This document shows, one piece after another, positions 47,275 through 57,800 of a stretch of DNA of 64,000 nucleotides (position 1 is the first letter of the stretch; each line of letters opens with the position of its first letter). The stretch is from Pachysolen tannophilus NRRL Y-2460. Lineage: Eukaryota. The DNA lies in assembly GCA_001661245.1 (NCBI GenBank), contig KV454011.1, positions 461,498-525,497 of the forward strand, in the 5' to 3' direction. The notes beneath the pieces were generated by a model. The model was not told the origin of the DNA and made no database searches. It was given only the letters and a program-made list of their open reading frames with translations. A program made the translations under genes and the position numbers.

Positions 47275-47802
47275 TTATTTTTTATCTTGACTTTGAAATT
47301 TTAAACTAATACTATTAACACAATGTCTTTCGTCAGTAGGAGTATCAAAACCTTCCCCTTTGAAAACGTGTCCCAAATGTGATCCACATTTGGAGCATTC
47401 AATCTCAATTCTTTGCATTCCAAATGAATTATCCTCTTTGGAATTGATGGCCCCAGGTATAGCATCAAAAAATGCAGGCCAGCCGCAATGAGCATTAAAT
47501 TTTGTAGAAGAACGATATAACGGCTGATCACATCCCAGACAATGATAAGTCCCATCATCATAAAGACTTGTATATTTCCCCATAAATGCCCTCTCTGTTC
47601 CCTTTTCCCTCAATACGTAATATTCTTCTGGTGAAAGCTTAGCTTTCCATTCTGATTCACTTGTTGGAATCTTTGATGATGATGACATCTTGCGAAATTG
47701 TCTTTTTGTTTCTCTTGTTGTTCCTCTTGTTGATACAGTTAATATACCTCCTAATTTCAATGAATTTACCAGTCTTGTCGAAATCAACAATGAACGATTC
47801 AT
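47275..47802 (-). CDS. MXR2: Methionine-R-sulfoxide reductase MsrB
   Basis: VLREKGTERAF, KFNAHCGWPAF, CGSHLGHVFKGEG, RHCVNSISL. ATG at 47802, second ATG at 47688. Confidence 0.95.
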   Translation of the reverse strand: MNRSLLISTRLVNSLKLGGILTVSTRGTTRETKRQFRKMSSSSKIPTSESEWKAKLSPEEYYVLREKGTERAFMGKYTSLYDDGTYHCLGCDQPLYRSSTKFNAHCGWPAFFDAIPGAINSKEDNSFGMQRIEIECSKCGSHLGHVFKGEGFDTPTDERHCVNSISLKFQSQDKK

Positions 47803-48058
47803 ACCTTTCAATAAAGAGAACCCATTAATAAAGTATTATTATTATTAAACAAACACTTTTAATTGCTCTCTCTCTCTTTTAAAAGTAATTTCTTCTTAGT
47901 ATAAAATCAAACGCACGACTAGGCCAAAAAAAAAAGAAATTGGAAAATTATCAATTTCAAAATGAAGAAAAATTGAATCAAAAATCAATTAGAATAATAT
48001 TTATATCTTTTTAATTAAAGGAAAAATAAATAAAGTAGAGTCAACAAACTGGAAGGAA

Positions 48059-48618
48059 ATGTTTGGGTTGGGAGACAAATCGTCGCTGAGCCAGCAACAG
48101 AATGGTATTGATGATGATGGAGGTTTAAAAGATGTTATAGATATCTTTCAGGATGCTGCTAAAGATGATGAAGCTGAAAAAATTCGACTTTTAAAGAGAG
48201 ATCGAAAATCAAAACAGATTGAAGATTCTTCTTTGGATAAGTTCCCAGTAAGTATAATATAATGGTTTTCCAAAATTACTTCAAATGGAGTTTTTGCTAA
48301 CTTTTATGGGGTTTCAAATTTTTTTTTTTTTTTTTTTTCTTTGCCTTTACCTTCATATAGAAAGAAATGTCTTGTCTCACAGCGATGGATGAGCTTTTAC
48401 AATGTTTTTCTCTGGGAGGACAGTTAAGAAATTACTATAGATATGGTGATTTTAGTCTCTGTGAAAGACATTATGACAAATTAAAATTTTGTATGAAGGT
48501 TAATCTTTTACCTTCTGAAAGTGAAAAGGAATACAAGATTGCAAATTATTATAAAGAGAGATTGATCAAGGATAGTAAGAAGGGAAGTAGTGAAGACATT
48601 TGGGATGCTAGAGAATAA
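48059..48618 (+). CDS. EMI1: Emi1-like twin-Cys protein; exons 48059-48247 and 48361-48618
   Basis: Spliced ..KFP|KEMSCLTAMDELLQCFSLGGQLRNYYRYG..KGSSEDIWDAR. Intron has GTAAGT/TGCTAAC/TAG. Confidence 0.88.
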
Positions 48619-49078
48619 TTTAAACGCAATATAGATAGTATTGGATAAAAAACTTCATTTTGGAATTTGTACATAGAAATAAATCAAGATAATTCAAAAA
48701 GTTATTAATTAATTTAAATAGCTCAAAACGACAGAATTGAGTAACGCATTTGAAATCATTATAAATGGTAATACTTTAAAAAAGAATATTCAAAACTAAA
48801 CTAAAAGAATAGAAAAGAAAAAGAAAATAAAAATAAACAAAATGGCAATCTTTAACAGAGATTGAAAACTATAACACATAAAAATAAATATATAGGCTTA
48901 TTTAATAAAAGATTAGACAGTAACATTAAACATCAGTAAACCAACAAACAAACAAACAAAACAAACAACGATGGTAAAAAGAATTAAGAATTAAGAATAA
49001 TAGTAATGATAACTAAAAATAAAAAAAAAAAAAAGATAAAATTTGGTTTCTCTCTTTCTCTCTCTTTTTTTTTTTCTT

Positions 49079-50638
49079 TTAAAACTTACGAGCCAACTTG
49101 GATTTGCTTCTGATTTTAGGACCCATAAAGTAAAGTAAATAAATCAATGCAACAATACCCAAACTAATAAAGGCCAAAGTAGCAAAACCCCATGTAGTTG
49201 ACATATTGTCAAACATGGCAACACCAGCATGGGCCAATGCTGCAGCAATGGCAAAAGATGGGATAGTAAAAGCAGCAATGGCAGAACCAGTAACATCTGG
49301 GTAAGAATCAGTGATATAGTTCAACATTGCTAACCATAACAATGGATCACTGAAACCTAATAAAGCACCTGCAACAATACATGACCAGTAATTAACTGAA
49401 CCATCTGAAGTAAATGCAAACCAGAATAATGAGATTGGGAACCCCCAAACAGTAACCAAGGAAGTAATGAAACGGTATTCAGGTTGACCAACACCTCCAT
49501 TCTTTGCCTTAGCTCTCTTATAGAAATAAGTTTGTACTGGAACAAAACAAAACATTATAACGACACCAACGACAAAATTCAAGTAAGTCAAGTCTGCACC
49601 AACATAAGATAATCCATTGTTGTAAACAAAGACGCTGAAAACACCATCCAAGTATAAGAACAATAAACCATAAGCAAACCCATTATATAAACCTAAAAAT
49701 AAAACTACTGGTTCTGTGACTAAAATTTTTAAAGCCATAATAAATACAAAAGAAATTTCTTGGAAAACATTTGCTTCAACCTTAACAACTGCTTCTGGGT
49801 CTTCACCTTCTTTTTTCAATTCTCTTGAAATAACAACTCTTGGTAATGTTTCTGGAAGGAAACACAAGATAATTGCAAAGAATCCAGCAAAGATAACATT
49901 AATCCAGAAAATCCAAGGTAATCCCATATGTTCATTATCACCAATCCATTCACCAATTGGAGAACCAATAGAAGGACCAACATTTGCAGACATAACAAAG
50001 ATGGCCATTGGTTGTGAAGCAGAATCAGAATTAACAAACAAGTCACCAATAGTACCTGCAACATTGGACAATGCAGTTGAACCTGCAGCACCAGCCATAA
50101 ACATAAAGATTGCAAGCATAGCCATATTTCTTGGAAGAGCACAACCAATATTAATTAACAAGTAAAAAATCATTGAACCAACATAAACCCATTTTCTTCC
50201 TGAAACATCAGATAATGGACCAAGAAAAGCTGGACCTACAGCGGTACCAAGAATAAACATAGATTGTCCTAAAGTAGCAACTTGAGCACCAACATTAAAC
50301 TTCTCTTCAACAATCCATTCAACACCAACATATGTAGTTGAAGTTAAAGTAACAAAAACTTGTAACATACAATAAACCACTACAATTCCATATTTTTGCC
50401 ATACAGGCCAATGATATGGATGATGAGGATTATCAATAGACATATCTACACCAAGCAGACCAAGATCTCCAGTTTGTAATGCATCTGTCAAAGAAACTGT
50501 AGCTGTTAAATGGTTCTCAAGACCATTGTTGGTCAATGGTTTTTCTTCTTCATCAACTGATTGAAAAGTTTCAGACTTCACCTTAGCTTCATCAGAACTT
50601 GTATCCGAAACGGCACGGTCCGTACCAATATGCGACAT
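49079..50638 (-). CDS. MFS DHA1-family transporter (possibly Bsu1-like vitamin B6 transporter)
   Basis: NPHHPYHWPVWQK, GPLSDVSGRKWVY, LPETLP, PEYRF, about 12 TM segments. Substrate is an inference. Confidence 0.85.
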   Translation of the reverse strand: MSHIGTDRAVSDTSSDEAKVKSETFQSVDEEEKPLTNNGLENHLTATVSLTDALQTGDLGLLGVDMSIDNPHHPYHWPVWQKYGIVVVYCMLQVFVTLTSTTYVGVEWIVEEKFNVGAQVATLGQSMFILGTAVGPAFLGPLSDVSGRKWVYVGSMIFYLLINIGCALPRNMAMLAIFMFMAGAAGSTALSNVAGTIGDLFVNSDSASQPMAIFVMSANVGPSIGSPIGEWIGDNEHMGLPWIFWINVIFAGFFAIILCFLPETLPRVVISRELKKEGEDPEAVVKVEANVFQEISFVFIMALKILVTEPVVLFLGLYNGFAYGLLFLYLDGVFSVFVYNNGLSYVGADLTYLNFVVGVVIMFCFVPVQTYFYKRAKAKNGGVGQPEYRFITSLVTVWGFPISLFWFAFTSDGSVNYWSCIVAGALLGFSDPLLWLAMLNYITDSYPDVTGSAIAAFTIPSFAIAAALAHAGVAMFDNMSTTWGFATLAFISLGIVALIYLLYFMGPKIRSKSKLARKF

Positions 50639-52080
50639 TATCAATAGTACCCTATTTGAAAAATTAACTACAACTTCTCTAAACAAGAATATCAATATAT
50701 ATATATACAAAGATATATCTTATTCAGTTGCTGAGTATGTGATATGATAATAGAAAAAAAAATTTTCTTTTTTTTTTTTTTTAACTTATCAATCACCCTT
50801 ATATATATATATATGTATACATTATACATATACATAATATTTCAAGGAAAAAATTTTTTCCAAAGGTATTAATATACAAGTCAAGATAAGTACCGAAGAG
50901 ATAAAGAAGTCAAAATAAAAAAAGAAATAAAAAAAAAAAAAAAACGGACGTCCAAATAGTTAAAACTTTGTTCATGTAAACTCTTTAGTACCAAAGTACC
51001 AAAGTAACAACTTATTAATCCCAAATTGTACAGTTTGTACTATTAATTCAATGTCTCGTCTGCTGTTACCATAAGTAGAGCCCAGGAAATTCGCTAATCT
51101 AATTCCGCATATTATGTCCGTTTAATCAAATTTTCGGGTATTTCCAACTAAAAGTTTCGCGCGTTGCAGATTGAAAACATACTTTTTTTTTACAGTTTAC
51201 GGATGTGCTTTAATCTTTTTTTTTTCTTTTTTTGCTTTTTTCTTTTCTTTTTACTATTTTTTTGGTCATTTGCATTTGCATTCGCGAAACCCTTTAAACG
51301 ATTATTAGACTTGAGACTTGAGACTTGAGTGAGACTCGGAGGTATAGTATATAAAAAAAAATTGAACTATTAACTGTTAACTATTATTGTTAATCTATTG
51401 AAAATCATGAAATTAATTGAATCATAACTTGAACATATAAAATAAAATACAATTTTTTTTTTTTTTTTTTTCGAGGGTGATGCTGCAAACTGTTATCTTT
51501 GCGCCGTTACTTTTTTCTTTTTTCTTTTTTTTTTAAAAAAAAAAAAAAGAAAAAGCTGAATTAAACGCTCTTCCCCATTTAACCCGCTCTCCTCATTTGT
51601 TGCTTATTCGTTGCTTGCAGCTTTTAGTAATGCGATACTCATCTTTTTCTCTTTTTCTCTCTTTTTTTTATTTTTTTTAGAGTTAGAAATAGAAGATGCA
51701 TATTCTGTGCGCTAAGATTGGATGTAGAAAAATATAATAAAGGAAGAAGTCAAAAAAAAAATATGATAAATTTGAACGGTTCCGCGGATCTCGCGCTCCT
51801 TTTTCTGTGTTTTTCTCTGTATTTCTCTGTTTTTCTTTGTTTTTTTGTTTTTGATAAGTGTGTCACTACCCGTTATCAGTACGGAACTAATTCAGTTATC
51901 AATATGTTTAACTTGTCTAGCCTAAGTACCATCTACTGTATATACCAGTCAATTTGATCTTGTCCTTCCTCGGTAAGTCAGAAAGCGATAACGGACAACT
52001 CCAAAATTCTCAAAAAGAGAAAAAATAAAAAAAATAAAAACTGATTACGTTTTCAGGTGTTTTTTTTTTTAAAAAAAAAA

Positions 52081-52731
52081 TCATGAAAAAAATCTAGCCA
52101 AGGAACTCAATTGGCTACTGTTATCATTTTGATATATGTATTCCATTGAATTTCTCAAAGAGTATTGTAAAAGATCTGCATTTGTTTCAAATAAGTACAT
52201 CACTATTCCCCAAGTTAAAGTTGAATAAACTATCCAAGAATAGTTTTCAATTTTTAATTGAGTCTGTTTTTGTTGTATTGATCCATTCAAATTTCTTTGA
52301 CCTAACTTCTTAGCAACCAATTTCCCCAACGCCAACATAACTCTTGCTCCACAATATAGAGTTATCTGCTGTGCTATAGCACCATCAAAATGTGTTGACA
52401 CTCCACTATATATTAAGAATCCACCTATAGCTCCACTAATTAATTCTTTTAAACCTTTTTGTTTCAAGATTTTAACATTTCCACGGCTCACATAGTTATT
52501 CAAAAATAATAAAAGCAACTTATACACTCCGGCAAAGCAAAATAATAGTTCAGCATGCTTCTTAGTACTTCTTATTATAGTCCTTATCCTCTTCGATAAT
52601 GGCGCATTTGGCTTAAACATTAATGATACAACTAAAGAATGCGCAAACCTCAATCGAGATCCATATATCAACCCATTTTTAGAACTCTGGAAAGCACGAT
52701 ACAATATCCTCTCAATTGGTTCTATATCCAT
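52081..52731 (-). CDS. Peroxisomal membrane protein 4 (PXMP4/PMP24, Tim17 family)
   Basis: KNGLIYGSRLRFAHSLVVSLMF, IAQQITLYCGARV, LTWGIVMYLFE..LQYSLRNSMEYIY. Confidence 0.85.
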   Translation of the reverse strand: MDIEPIERILYRAFQSSKNGLIYGSRLRFAHSLVVSLMFKPNAPLSKRIRTIIRSTKKHAELLFCFAGVYKLLLLFLNNYVSRGNVKILKQKGLKELISGAIGGFLIYSGVSTHFDGAIAQQITLYCGARVMLALGKLVAKKLGQRNLNGSIQQKQTQLKIENYSWIVYSTLTWGIVMYLFETNADLLQYSLRNSMEYIYQNDNSSQLSSLARFFS

Positions 52732-53171
52732 TTCTTTATCCCCTCCGCCAAAGAAAATTTACACAATTATTCCTCTTATAAAATCGTATTTTGTGTTTTT
52801 GTAATTATTCCTGTTTTCTTGTTTGTTTTTTTGGGTTTTTGAAATTGATTTTTTTGGGTTATGCGCAGAGCAAAGCACAAGTGCGTGCCAATGTAGCGCA
52901 CAATATGAGCTATCTGCGCAAGATAGCTGCTTCCGCTTTGTAGGTACACTTACGTACGCTTTTGTGTGCGCAATGTTAAAGGCGCAATTGCGTTTTTATA
53001 TGTAGCCGCAAGTGCGTAACGCACATAACGCGCTCGTGTGTGTGTGTGTGTGTCTTGGAACTTAATGTTGTGGTAACTAAAAAAAAAAGCCAGAAAGATA
53101 TGATGACGACAAAAACAAGATGAAGGAGATCTTCTTTGAAGATGATAGATTTTATGTTTTTTTAATCTTAA

Positions 53172-54287
53172 ATGTCATCAATATCGACAGCAACTACCCG
53201 GACCTCGGCCACTTCTGTATTAGCATCACGGAAAACAAGGGAAAGTATAGATTGCAAATTTAGGAAACATCATCAATTAATTGATTTACCATTAGAAATC
53301 AATTTAAAGATTTATCTGCTTTTATCAATAAAAGATTTACAAAATTATTCTTTAACTAATAAATATCATAATTCCAAGTTAAAATTCAAAATTTTTGAAA
53401 GAATTCAAACAAATTGGTTGAATTTATTTCAATTTATAAGAGAATTTAACGATTATTTAAAGTTTGTTTATAAAATTTTAATTAAAAATGAAACTAATAA
53501 TATAGTGAATGAATGGAATACAGATTTAAATAATGTATTCCGTAATTGTTATAATTTGAAAATTTTAGAAATTCATCTTTTAAATTCATCAAATTGTTTA
53601 AAATATCAAACCATAAATAATAATAATAATAATATTACTGTTTTAAAATTACATACATGTTCAACAAATGCTAATTTTTCATTAAATCATATTAAATCTT
53701 TTACAAAAATAACCAGTATAATATTAGTCAATTTTAACATATTCAAAGAGATAGAGGAATCTGGTTTCGAACAACAATTTTGTTTATCACAACTAAAAGC
53801 ATTAACCTTAATAAATTGTCATTGGCATTGGCCATTTGATTTAAATTACTTTAATTTCCATGAAAATCATCAAAAATTAGAAAAACTTTCATTAACTTAC
53901 AATGCAGATAATTCATTCATATTCGGTGAAAGGTTCAAAGATTTCTTATGCAATTATAAAAATAATGATTTAATTGAATTAAACATTACCATCTCTGGTA
54001 AAAACCAAAGTAATAATAATTTATTTCCTTCATTAAGTTTAATCAATGTTTCTAATTTCCAAAATTTACAAAAAATTTCATTAATCGGATTTAAAAATAA
54101 TTTCAATTTAAATGGGTTTTTGGAAAAAATTAAGGAAAATTTGATAAATTTAAAATATTTGAACTTGCAATTGATAAATAACTATGAAAAGAATAGAATT
54201 GAAAATAAAATTGAAAAATTTACTGATTACCCAATTTTTTCCATCTTGCAACGAAAACTTAAAACTATTAATATTGCATTTTTATGA
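53172..54287 (+). CDS. F-box protein with LRR-like C-terminus
   Basis: LIDLPLEINLKIYLLLSIKDLQNYSLTNK F-box, then repeated LxxLxL segments. Confidence 0.75.
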   Translation: MSSISTATTRTSATSVLASRKTRESIDCKFRKHHQLIDLPLEINLKIYLLLSIKDLQNYSLTNKYHNSKLKFKIFERIQTNWLNLFQFIREFNDYLKFVYKILIKNETNNIVNEWNTDLNNVFRNCYNLKILEIHLLNSSNCLKYQTINNNNNNITVLKLHTCSTNANFSLNHIKSFTKITSIILVNFNIFKEIEESGFEQQFCLSQLKALTLINCHWHWPFDLNYFNFHENHQKLEKLSLTYNADNSFIFGERFKDFLCNYKNNDLIELNITISGKNQSNNNLFPSLSLINVSNFQNLQKISLIGFKNNFNLNGFLEKIKENLINLKYLNLQLINNYEKNRIENKIEKFTDYPIFSILQRKLKTINIAFL

Positions 54288-54315
54288 TTTTTTTTATTTT
54301 TTTTTCTTCTTGCTC

Positions 54316-54720
54316 TTACTCATGAATTATGTTTGAAACATTTAACCACTCTTCAATTAAATTTTCACTTTCACCGTTAAATTCCATACCGTTGTCAAAT
54401 ATTACCAATTTTTCAAATTCTCCAATATTGACAAATTTCTTTCCGTTAATCTCCTTTTCTTGCTCTTCATCTTTCTCTACTTGCTGTCTTAATATATATC
54501 CTTTATAATTTGAATCTAACGTCACTAAATTTCCTTGAAGTAACCTGCCTCTGAAATAAGTAGTTACCTTATTATCCTGATCCTGTGTAACTTCCCAATA
54601 TCCAGTTTCCGGTTTCAACAATGGAGATTGTACTTCTCCTGTATATTTTATACGACATGGCAACACATTACAATGATATTTATGACTCTCGTCACTGTTA
54701 TTATTTATTTCTATCTTCAT
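54316..54720 (-). CDS. RNH203: RNase H2 subunit C
   Basis: CNVLPCRIKYTG, TYFRGRLLQG, IEEWLNVSNIIH. MCB ACGCGT at 54817-54822 upstream. Confidence 0.88.
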   Translation of the reverse strand: MKIEINNNSDESHKYHCNVLPCRIKYTGEVQSPLLKPETGYWEVTQDQDNKVTTYFRGRLLQGNLVTLDSNYKGYILRQQVEKDEEQEKEINGKKFVNIGEFEKLVIFDNGMEFNGESENLIEEWLNVSNIIHE

Positions 54721-55098
54721 TTTACTATCTATAGTTAACACTAAAATCCTTATAATTTAACAAATAGTAATATAAAAAGATTTGTGTTTTTATTTTTTTT
54801 TTTTTTTTTTCACTTAACGCGTCGTATACTAAGTGAAAAATCTATTTTTCAAAAACAGATTTAATTGATAGTTCTACTCTTTAATTTAATACTATTATAT
54901 TTGACATTATTAACGCTAACTCGGTATCCAGATATAAAATAAAACGAAAATTGAAAAAAAAAAAATGAAAAAAAAAAATGAACGAGTGACTAAAATCAAA
55001 ATGAAAGTCCAGATTTCAAATGAAAACTATAGTATATATTTTATATTTTATATTTATGTATTCTTCCTTAATATTTGGTATATTTACCATATATGAAT

Positions 55099-56904
55099 TT
55101 AAGAAAGGAGATCCATTTTTTCTTCGTAAAATTTTGTCAATTTTTCCACTTTTTTACCTCTAATAACTGGTTTTTTGTGATTTAAATTCAGTTCAGAGTA
55201 ATAACCACTGGAAGTAGTACTTGTGGTTGAAGATAAAGAAACATGTCTACTTCCTCCTCTCAATGTAGGTTTTTGGAAATCGAGACCTAATGAGTCTTCG
55301 TCCTGTTCGAAATTGTCATCAAAATCGACATCATTGGAGTCAAATTCATAAAAATCTGTCATAGCATTATCTACTTCTATGATATTTAAATTTGATGAAG
55401 TTAATTCATCTAATGCAATTCTTCTATCATTATTATTATCTTTATTTTTATTTTGGAAATCTGAAATTGATCTAAATCTATGAAGGTATAATTCACGATT
55501 ATTTATAGACGATTTTTTAGTTTTTAATAAAGATTTTCCATTATTGTTATTATTATATGTATTAGTATTATCATCCTTTGATAAATCAATAAGATCTGAT
55601 GAATTATTATTTAATTCTGTAATATTAAACTCTATCATTTCATCTTCATCAATTTTTGGGGTTCTTGAAATTGGTAATTGATGAATGCTATCCAAGAGAT
55701 GAAACCCATCTAATAATAATTTTTTCATTATGTGATAAAAAATTTTAAAATTTGAAGAAACATCACCTTCAATGTTTCCATTTATATTGAATAATCTTTT
55801 AGAAATTTCTAAAATTAATAATTGTTTTTCATTTTCTGAATTAGAACTATAATTAATTAATGAATGGAAAATTTTGAAAACTTTAACTATAATATATTTA
55901 TTATTGTAAAAAGTTGTATAATTGTTGTTGTTGTTGTTGTTGTTGTTGTTACTATTATTTTCATTTTTACCATTGAATAAAGATGAAGTTGAAGAAATAT
56001 TATTTTGATTATTATAATATTGATGATTTAACAATTTATTAACCAATTCACTTAAATCATCATTCCCATTTTTTTCAAATTCCACAAAATAATCAATTAA
56101 TAATAATGGTTCATCAATTTCATTTAAATCACTTAAAAATTTTAATAAAATTTGGAAAATATCATTAAATTTCCAATCTGATAAATTTAATAATTGATTT
56201 CTCTTTATACAATCTTTTAAAATTTTAAATGATAAAAGTTTAGAATTATCATTATCATTTATTGATAAATTTTTAATTAAAGATTGTATACTAAAATTTC
56301 CTTGATCTAAATAATCAACCAATTTATTTAAAATTTTTTTAAAAATTGTTAAAGTTTGTGGATTTAAATTTGTAATTGAATTTTGGAAAATTTTATCTAA
56401 ATGTATTGGAACAATAATATTATTTTCCAAAGTATAATCATATAAATAAACAAAAAGTGAAATGTTTAATTTTGTAATATCTAAATATCTTGATAAATTT
56501 GAAATATTTTGACAATGAATTATAATTAAATTATTACCTCTATTTTGTTTCATCATAAAATTATTTAAAAGATCTAAAATCGATTTAATTAACCAATTAT
56601 GATGTACAATATAAACTTTTATTAAAAATTCTTTCTTATCATTAGGAATCAATTTAAATAACCTAACCAATTTTAATGGTAATAAATCATCAGTACTATT
56701 TTTAAATCCAGAACTAAACATTATTAAAACAAATTTCCCATCAATCTTATCCAACAACGTCTCTAAAAGTAATATATCACCATTGTTATCATTACCATCC
56801 AAAAATGTTGGCGGCAAAAAATTAGAATCAAATATATAGATCGGAAGACCAGTTTCTGGCTCATAAGTATCAGATCGGTACAATATACGTGAACTGGAAC
56901 TCAT
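55099..56904 (-). CDS. Ecm25-like protein (BCH/CRAL-TRIO-like N-terminus, degenerate RhoGAP-like region)
   Basis: GLPIYIFDSNFLP, KVYIVHHNWLIKSI, LSRYLDITKLNISLFVYLYD, C-terminal PVIRGKKVEKLTKFYEE. Confidence 0.7.
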   Translation of the reverse strand: MSSSSRILYRSDTYEPETGLPIYIFDSNFLPPTFLDGNDNNGDILLLETLLDKIDGKFVLIMFSSGFKNSTDDLLPLKLVRLFKLIPNDKKEFLIKVYIVHHNWLIKSILDLLNNFMMKQNRGNNLIIIHCQNISNLSRYLDITKLNISLFVYLYDYTLENNIIVPIHLDKIFQNSITNLNPQTLTIFKKILNKLVDYLDQGNFSIQSLIKNLSINDNDNSKLLSFKILKDCIKRNQLLNLSDWKFNDIFQILLKFLSDLNEIDEPLLLIDYFVEFEKNGNDDLSELVNKLLNHQYYNNQNNISSTSSLFNGKNENNSNNNNNNNNNNYTTFYNNKYIIVKVFKIFHSLINYSSNSENEKQLLILEISKRLFNINGNIEGDVSSNFKIFYHIMKKLLLDGFHLLDSIHQLPISRTPKIDEDEMIEFNITELNNNSSDLIDLSKDDNTNTYNNNNNGKSLLKTKKSSINNRELYLHRFRSISDFQNKNKDNNNDRRIALDELTSSNLNIIEVDNAMTDFYEFDSNDVDFDDNFEQDEDSLGLDFQKPTLRGGSRHVSLSSTTSTTSSGYYSELNLNHKKPVIRGKKVEKLTKFYEEKMDLLS

Positions 56905-57800
56905 AATACAATCAACACCAGAATTCAAAACAAATACCCCCTCCTGAAAAAAAAAAAAAAAAATTAACCTCTTCTCTCTATAGATCACACTATCCTTCCA
57001 AAAAACAAAAAAACTCTTCAAAATCTGATTTAATCTATTGATTTAACAGTATTATTTATTATTTTGTATCTATTTTGTTTAGAATTTTCCCTTCTAAAAA
57101 AAAAAATAAAAATTTTTGTTTACCTTTTGGGCTTCCTCGGTAAACGGTATTAAAAACAGTTTAAACGCGGTAACTTCCAAGAGCAAATAACAATTACAAG
57201 ATTAGATCAGGATCAATACAAGAGAAAAGAAAAGAAAAGATTTCAGAAGGATAATGTATAAATAATAGAGTAGAGTACGGATTTTGCAGTTGAAAAAAAA
57301 AAAGTAAAAAAAAAATAAATGAAACGTTCTAAGTCATCTTGTTGAAATAAAGGGATCCGAAAGGGGACTTAAAGGACAATTTTGTAAAACTAAACTTTTT
57401 ACTCCATTTTCTCTTTCTTTTATAAGTAAAAGCTTATTGTAAATTTGGTATAATCAAAAAAATGAAAAAGTAAAACACATAAAAGTTCACATCTGATTCT
57501 CCCCCTGATAATTTGGAGACTCTTTCTTTTGTTTTGTTTGTTGTTTTTGTATGACCATTTTAATTTATCATTTACAATCTTTTGTGGGTAAAAAAACACA
57601 CCACCGAAATTTCCTATTCTGCGCAGAGGGTTAAAAAGCTAAGATCTTGCACAACTTGCAATAGATTTCTTTTATAAATATATATCAATAAAATAAATAA
57701 ATAAATAAATATATGAATATATATGGATATTTATATTTTTAGTTGGCATTAGTGTGGGCGCTGGTAGGAAAGGTATTTGTATTGTTTTCTTAATAAGAAA

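Noticed and set aside
49716..50165. 149-aa antisense ORF inside the MFS gene, and similar shadow ORFs in SGS1, ISC1, ATG22 and the Hap4-like gene
   Set aside because: Antisense shadows expected from codon bias, with no recognisable motifs.
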